This document shows, piece by piece, positions 58,126 to 64,000 of a stretch of 64,000 nucleotides of DNA (its first letter is position 1; every line of letters begins with the position of its first letter). Source of the DNA: Caecitellus pseudoparvulus. Its lineage: Eukaryota > Protista > Bigyra: Bicosoecida. Location: the NCBI GenBank assembly GCA_965644315.1, contig CBFFRQ010000050.1, forward strand, positions 105,541-169,540, written 5' to 3'. The notes below the pieces were generated by a model. It was not told the origin of the DNA. It did no database searches and worked only from the letters and a program-made list of their open reading frames with translations. The translations under genes and the position numbers were made by a program.

Positions 58126-58262
58126 CTTGACACCCTGAGGCCACCGGGTACGGGGCCTCGCCGACTGCGGCACGTCGGTGTCAATCGCGAGGGGCCCAAG
58201 GTGCGAGGCGGTTCAAGCGCAGGGGGGTCTGTGCATTGTGCGCCACTGCTCTTCGGAACTTA
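58126..58262 (+). repeat. Dispersed repeat, copy A (inverted relative to 60138-60277)
   Basis: ggtgcgaggcggttcaa (58200) is the exact reverse complement of ttgaaccgcctcgcacc (60189). Similarity extends over ~140 bp. Confidence 0.85.
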
Positions 58263-58776
58263 GAGAGCCGAGCAGAAACTGCCGTACCTCTCGAACTTGC
58301 GGTGAAGGGCATCCAGGCAACCAGCATGTTGGAGTTAGGTGAGGACTCCAAAGGTGATTCGCCAGATCCCCTTCCCTTCATCATTTATCCAGACACCCCG
58401 CACCCGGAAATTGTGAAGCAAATCTGCTCAACACAATTTCGCGCTAAGCTGGGGCGCTGCGTGGGGGCCGGACCTGGTCAAGCTGCCGCCCACGTCTTTA
58501 CGGCGACTGCGGACTCCGGGGAAAGCCAGGCAATGTCCTTGGCACCTCTTATCCCTCACCAACACCAGGCAGCAAGTCGTCCTTGTACAACCTCAGGTCA
58601 TACACGAACATTATTGTCTTTGCGGTTTGCGTCGGCGCGGTAACCTGCAGGCGAGGGGCTGGTGGACCCCTGAACCAAGCATTTTGTGTGCTTCTTCCAT
58701 CGATTATTCTGCCCGCTGTGCTCATTCTTGTGCTATTCAATGCATCTTTCGTGAAAGTTAACTCCAGGAACTAATC

Positions 58777-59160
58777 ATGTCACGCATTGCGGGCCAAGCA
58801 TTGGCCGTTATGGCTGCAGAATCAGCGGCTGCAGCCGGTGGATGCGCGGAAATTGGTCCGCCGGCGCCTATCGTGCATTTCCCTCTATCGACTGATGAAG
58901 ACTCTGAAAGTGATGACAACCAAGACTGGACATCTGCAGACATGCTTACAGTTGCATGCACTCCGCCTTTGTAGATGTGGATGGCCAAGAGGACGAACTG
59001 CACACTGGAACTTAAGCGTCAAAGCGACGACGTCTTCGCGTACACGAGTGCTGGCTGTGCACCGCATTGCAGATGCTACCTGACGAGCAGTTTAAGCAGC
59101 ACTTTTGGATTTCTCGGGATACGTTCAACAACCTTGTTGCGTATGTTCGGGACCTCATGA
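58777..59160 (+). mobile_element. Truncated PIF/Harbinger-type transposase, N-terminal fragment
   Basis: WMAKR followed by MLPDEQFKQHFWISRDTFNNLVAYVR matches the D..F...FRxSRxTFxxL N-terminal motif of Harbinger/HARBI1 transposases. No DDE core is visible downstream. Confidence 0.55.
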
Positions 59161-59669
59161 CTCTGTTTCCACCTCTCTCTTTGTGGGAGCCGGACTACGG
59201 CGCATCCCACGCTGTTTACTGCTCGTACTCCCAGTTCCTTTCGTGTAGACACTGCCGACGAAGGAATGTGAGTCGGACCCGGTGCCTGTGGAAACTGTCG
59301 ATGCGTGGGGTGCTGCAATGGGTGTGGATGGCGCAGGGATCCCATCGCCAGGCAAAAACTTTAGTTGCCATGCGACATGCGCTTGGCGCGCAGAGCCAGT
59401 CCACGCCACAGCGCCAAAATAGCAAGCATGCCGTTCCACTCAATACAAAGCTCCGCCATGCACACCTTTCCAACCCTCACAGAAGGAAACATCACTCTGA
59501 CACATGTCCCGTGCTTAATTTCCACCCAATGGCCGTGTCAGGTGCCCCGCTGTGCACAGCTCACAAACACCACGCCAACGCCCTATCTCTCGACACAGGC
59601 ACAACGGCACCTTCAACACCACACCCTGCACAGAGCCAGGACACGATACTGAAGGCCAGGCTCTGTACG

Positions 59670-60124
59670 TTTCCTTGGTAGTGATCCAGCACCCGTGCCC
59701 CGCCATGCACAGCTGAGACCTGCCACCCGCACACCCAAAATCTGTACGCAGGCACAGGCGCACGCACGGCACGACTGCCTGCGCAGGTTCAGGGCTCCAT
59801 ACAGTAGGTCAGACGCCCAGCGTCGGAGTTAGGTAAGTTCCCTTGGCAGTGATCCAGCACCCGTGCCCCGCCGTGCACAGCCAAGACCTGCCACCCGCAC
59901 ACCCGAAATCTGTACGCAGGCACAGGCGCACGCACGGCACGACTGCCTGCGCAGGTTCAGGGCTCCATACAGTAGGTCAGACGCCCAGCGTCCGAGTTAG
60001 GAAAGTTCCCTTGGCCGTGATCCAGCACCCGTGCCACGCCGTGCACAGCCAAGACCTGCCACCCGCACACCCGAAATCTGTGCGCAGGCACAGGCGCACG
60101 CACGGCACGACTGCCTGCACAGGT
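59670..60124 (+). repeat. Tandem repeat, 168-bp unit, ~2.7 copies
   Basis: gtgatccagcacccgtgcc occurs at 59681, 59849 and 60017; the units are highly similar. Confidence 0.95.
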
Positions 60125-60137
60125 CTTAGTTCGAATC

Positions 60138-60277
60138 CCTGCGTACCGTGGGGGAAGTGGCGTACAGTGCATTTTACCGCACTGCGATTGAACCGCCTCG
60201 CACCCCCGGCCCCTCGCGCTCGACACCGACGTGTCGCAGGCGCTGGGGGACCCGTGCCCGATGGCAACGGTGCAAGA
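60138..60277 (-). repeat. Dispersed repeat, copy B (inverted relative to 58126-58262)
   Basis: Shared blocks with copy A: ttgaaccgcctcgcacc, ggcccctcgcg, gacaccgacgtg, cccgtRcccgRtggc, tgcaYtgtRcgccact. Confidence 0.85.
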
Positions 60278-61337
60278 CGTCCTTCACCTCCCCAACCTGC
60301 TGTAAAGAATAGACGAAAAAAGTGCGTGGGATCCACGCCGGTTGGGGGGTTGGTTTCGGGGTGGGGGGGTGAGCAGGAAGGAACCGAACAGGGTTCAAAG
60401 CGCTCGTCTACCTCGACTGCCCTCCTGCCTCCGTGTCCGAACTGAGGTTTCCCCCCCCTGCGGTGGGGATAACGGGAGTGTGCAAATAGATTTGGCACAC
60501 AAAGCGCACTTGCACCGCCACGTGTACACTTTCTGGGGAGCCAATACCAGGCGCCGCCAAGGCCCCACACGGCCCTCCAAGCTCGACTTTCACCCCTGGA
60601 CACCCCACTGCTACCCCTCAACAATGATGGGGTAAAGTGTGCACAATAAATTTGCAGCCACCATGCGCACCTCCACTGCCAATTCTTGAACTTGCACAAG
60701 CTATGACTAGGTATACTGTTTGGGCAATTCTCTCAGTCAGGGGATAACCAAATCTTGCCGCTTGGTCTGACTCTTGCAGTTTCCCCCAAATACGACTCTT
60801 GCCGCAGCGGACGTCATCGCAGCTGAGCTTCCAATTCCAGACAGCCTACTTGAGAGGTGGGCAGAGTTTGCTGCACTGCGCAGCATGGGGCCCTTTCCAC
60901 CAAAAGCAACGAGGACACGGGGCAGTATAATGATTACGCAGCGATTGGCCTGACAAGTGGCCACAGTCACTGGCCTGCTTGTGTTCGTACCTACAGGGAT
61001 TGTAAAGCACTTCTCCGGCACGCCGATTCAAGGAGATGCTACAACGGGGAACCGACTGCCCCGATGGCTTTCTGTTGGCGCCTCTGCGCGCATGTACAGC
61101 GTGTGGCACAACGCAACGAGGTCGCGCCGTGCAGCTACACGCAATGCGCTTGAGTTGGCAGTGCCGACGCCTGCCTCTCCTTCGACAACAGCAGCTACCT
61201 GTGAAGCTTCCTCTATAGGCCTGCCGGCATAATGCTAAATCCGCACCTCTAAAGGCCGGACCACGACGCCCATTCTTATACAGATACCCTGGTGCAGATT
61301 GTGCAGTCAATGTGAAATCTTGCACAATCAAAATGTA

Positions 61338-62023
61338 TTAAGAGGGTACGGCGCCTGTGGGCAGGAGAGTTTTGTATGCGAAACTCCCCTGCGCACAGGC
61401 GCCGTACGCCGGGGCAGGGGCGGCAGGCAGCGGGGCCTGCTGCGCCGGCTGCCAGCTGACCATTGACTGGCCGTCCTCGTGCCAGGGAAAACATGGCTTC
61501 TTCTTGGCCGGCGGCTCCAAGCACCACGCCTGCTCCTGCACGTGCTCCACTAAAGCGTCAACGGACAAAACGTCCGGAAGGCCGTGTTCCTCCTTCCATG
61601 CCGCGAAGTCCTCGGCCGGCCAAGACGGCCAGCCTGCAGCGGCGGAACAGGCGAATTCCGCACACTTGCGGAGAACGGTAGTGACCTCCTGGCCCTCCGG
61701 GATGTCCTCGTCCTGCTGCCCGAGAAACATGAGCCACCCGGCGATGGACGCCGGCAGGCCGGAGCCATCCAGGGTGGATGCGCCGCGGCCTGCGACGTCA
61801 GGTACGCTTCCGCGTTCTCAACCGCCTTCCGGAACCGCGTCTGCGCGGAACACGGGGTCACGTTCGCCAGGCGGAGGCGCCGGCAGACCTTGGTCACCAG
61901 GCTGGGGTGTTGCCCTTCGTCCAGCCACGCAAGGAGTTGTTCGGCTCCAAACTGGCGTACGGCCTGACGGAAGGTAGTGAATTTCAACAACGGCACCGGT
62001 GCGGAAGTTGGGGAGGCAGCCAT
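61338..62023 (-). pseudogene. Hypothetical gene split by a single frameshift near 61780-61815
   Basis: MAASPTSAP..AEAYLTSQ (ORF 61550..62023) continues plausibly as STLDGSGLPASIAGWLMFLGQQDED.. (frame of 61338..61730). No good intron explains the shift. Confidence 0.4.
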
Positions 62024-62403
62024 GGTGATCCCGGCAATAAAAGGAAAAACGCGGCGACAAGCGAGTGAGAGCTTGGAGGCTAGGGGGGCTGGGAGCTTGG
62101 AGGGGCGGCAGTCGTGGGACGGGAACTAGAAAGTATCCGGTCACGACTGCGCCCCAACCTCCCGCAGCGCCCAAACACTGGTTCTCGCCGGCAGCGCCAT
62201 TGAGAACATGAGGCACCGAATATACCAGTAGTTTGCATGGAAAAAGCAACTGCGCCTCGCCTCTGCCGACGCAGAGCAGGGAAAAAGCAACTCGTGTTGC
62301 AGCTGGCGAGGAAAAGTAAGACACTGGGATTGTAATGTGTTTACTGAAATGATGCTAAAAACAGCGTTTGCGTGTGAATTGTGTGCGCACCTTACGGTGC
62401 AGG

Positions 62404-63031
62404 TTAGGATCCATGCTCTGCCTCCAGCACAGACGAGAATTCATCAGCTTTACAGCTCTGCTCCCTTCCAATGTCACCAAACTTCAGCTCCAGCTCCAGC
62501 TCCACTCGCAGCTGCCTTTTGCGAGAGAGCTTGGGGCATGAGGAGACCTTGCGCAGCGGATACGCTGCTCTTGCACTGCACAATCACATGGCGCACATGT
62601 TCGCGAAAGCCCTCGTCCTTGACGGTGGTTGTGCTCAGTTCACGACGCTCTTTATCTGTCAACGCAATGTCCAGCACAGCAAAGGCCTCGCTGATCCCTA
62701 ATGGTTCTACTGCAGGCAGGGTGTCCTTGGTTAATACTGCATACTGGAGGCACCTCCTGATGAGTGTAGCTTTGTTACCAGTGTGGGGGACCCCAGCGGC
62801 TTTCAATGCAAGGGATAGCTGCCCAACTGGAAGCCCAGAGCAGTAGTAGCCCTCTAAGGGGGTACGGCGTTTCCGGGCAGGGAGTTTCGGGTGAAACTCT
62901 CCTCTTGGGGGGGGGTAGGTGCTGTTTCTGGTGTAGGCAGCAATTTTGTTTGCACAGAAGTTTCTCGCATTACAAAATACAATGTCCATAAATTCATGGA
63001 GCTGAAAAGAATTTATCACGTGTCCCTGCAT
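62404..63031 (-). CDS. SAP-domain protein
   Basis: LPVGQLSLALKAAGVPHTGNKATLIRRCLQY fits the SAP helix-loop-helix consensus. A probable GTGCGC...GCAAG intron gives a C-terminus ..RKRQLRVELELELKFGD..EHGS*. Start is uncertain. Confidence 0.6.
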
Positions 63032-63049
63032 GCGCCGGGGACCGGCGTC

Positions 63050-63617
63050 ATGGCTGCAAAACGTAGGCGTGAGAAGCCGTCTGCCAAGAATGAGCTACCT
63101 GAGTGGTGGGTGGCGCCTAAGAAGGAGACAATCAGCATCGAGGGGTGCCCCCATGCTGATGTGATTGCAGCCATCCACCGTGCCTTTGAGCTCAGGCAGC
63201 CTGGGGCTCATTCTGACCAACGCGCGGGTGAGTTTGCGGAAATCGAGTGTATACCCCGCCAAACTTCACGCCGCTCATGCCGCAGCCAAGGACACTTGGG
63301 ATGTGCTGACAAGCACCCAGCGGAGTGACATTACTGGCCACTGTCTGTCCGTGGCCCGCACGTGGATGAATGGGCACTCAGTTGACGAGCTCACGGCTTC
63401 CGCAAAGACCACTATCCTCGGCTCGCTGCGGTTTGTGTGCTACACTGTAGCCGCGTACGCCCTCGGTGTGCATGCACAGCGCACCCCCCTGCCAGATGCA
63501 CTTCTTGTGGATATCAGCAGCGAGTTGGGGCGTCCAAGGTGGGTTTCAGCGCGAAGGCGGCACGCAAGGAGTAGAGCGCTATCAGCGCGACCCCTTCCTC
63601 TGCTGGTTTGTGCGTGA
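63050..63617 (+). CDS. Hypothetical nuclear protein, spliced; 3' end unresolved
   Basis: MAAKRRREK (NLS-like). Intron 63228-63285 (GTGAGT...CCGCAG) joins ORF 62891..63328 to ORF 63165..63617 in frame. A further AG|GTGGGT donor lies near 63539. Confidence 0.5.
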
Positions 63618-64000
63618 TAACGTGAATCACAATGCATTCCAAGTTGCAGCTCTCACTCGTACTCGCTGTCGCTGTCATTCCTGCCATGCAGCTCACCTGG
63701 TACGGCGTCCACGATGCCGACAGAATTGTGTGCGAGGCAAGCATACAAAGACTATTGCAAGGCAGCTGCGGGACAAGGCACAAAACTACTTGAAGCAGTC
63801 ACAGAGGTAGCAGCATGCTGACAGTCTGCTGAGCACAATGACTCGTTCTCTGTGGACTTTCTTCCTCGGGATGACGCCGGAAGAGCGCGCGAAGGTGCCC
63901 TTAGGGCATTTTGCCTCTGTGCCGCTGACTGACGTCTTGGAGGATCCACTTCTGTCAATGGTCATCCACCAGCCAGCTTTGGCAGCCTACACCTACAGCT

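Larger units (their letters stand above)
54050..64000. other. Lower-GC, repeat- and TE-rich island of fragmented ORFs
   Basis: Visible drop in GC (many lines at ~40-58%), loss of long ORFs, homopolymer runs, tandem and inverted repeats, and a transposase fragment. The left boundary is approximate. Confidence 0.65.

Noticed and set aside
58127-58215. Hammerhead or HDV-like ribozyme call
   Set aside because: The CUGANGA/GAAA core is incomplete, and the HDV L3/P1.1 and catalytic-C context do not fit in either orientation; kept only as an unclassified structure.
60125-60145. tRNA gene suggested by GTTCGAATCC (B-box-like)
   Set aside because: No matching T-stem, acceptor stem or D/anticodon arms; the upstream sequence is the 168-bp repeat.
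54050-64000. Endogenous virophage/Polinton-like virus or Ngaro/DIRS retrotransposon
   Set aside because: No capsid, ATPase, protease, polymerase, RT/RNase H or tyrosine-recombinase motifs were recognised, and the GC drop is modest.

Overview
This is eukaryotic nuclear DNA, not prokaryotic. Positions 1 to ~53 kb are GC-rich (roughly 65-68% by eye) and very gene-dense: about 24 protein genes with short (mostly 60-110 nt) introns, GTGCGT/GTGCGC/GTGAGT donors, and convergent genes only 5-51 nt apart. A fused DHFR-TS plus flagellar genes (JHY-like, CEP164-type WW protein, DNAAF6/PIH1D3) point to a flagellated protist; a bicosoecid (Cafeteria-like) stramenopile is my guess and is inference only. 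Recognisable genes include an HS6ST-like sulfotransferase, an M48 peptidase, ACAD10/11, TMEM258, an STI1-domain protein, GDT1 with an EF-hand, a thymosin/actobindin-repeat protein, a site-1 protease, PP2C, a catalytically degenerate pyrophosphatase, GMD, misato, a claudin-like protein and an 18-repeat ankyrin protein. From ~54 kb the DNA is lower in GC and fragmented. It holds broken ORFs, a PIF/Harbinger transposase N-terminal fragment, a 168-bp tandem array, two diverged inverted copies of a 140-350 bp element and a SAP-domain gene. The most notable observations are: (1) an AATGYA hexamer just downstream of most stop codons, a candidate lineage-specific polyadenylation signal that is palindromic in two convergent pairs; (2) the pseudo-pyrophosphatase; (3) the myristoylated six-module thymosin/actobindin protein; (4) the ankyrin array with hypervariable binding-surface positions; (5) a spliced 62-aa micro-gene ending in -AKL that the ORF track misses. 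All exon models were inferred by hand and no searches were run.
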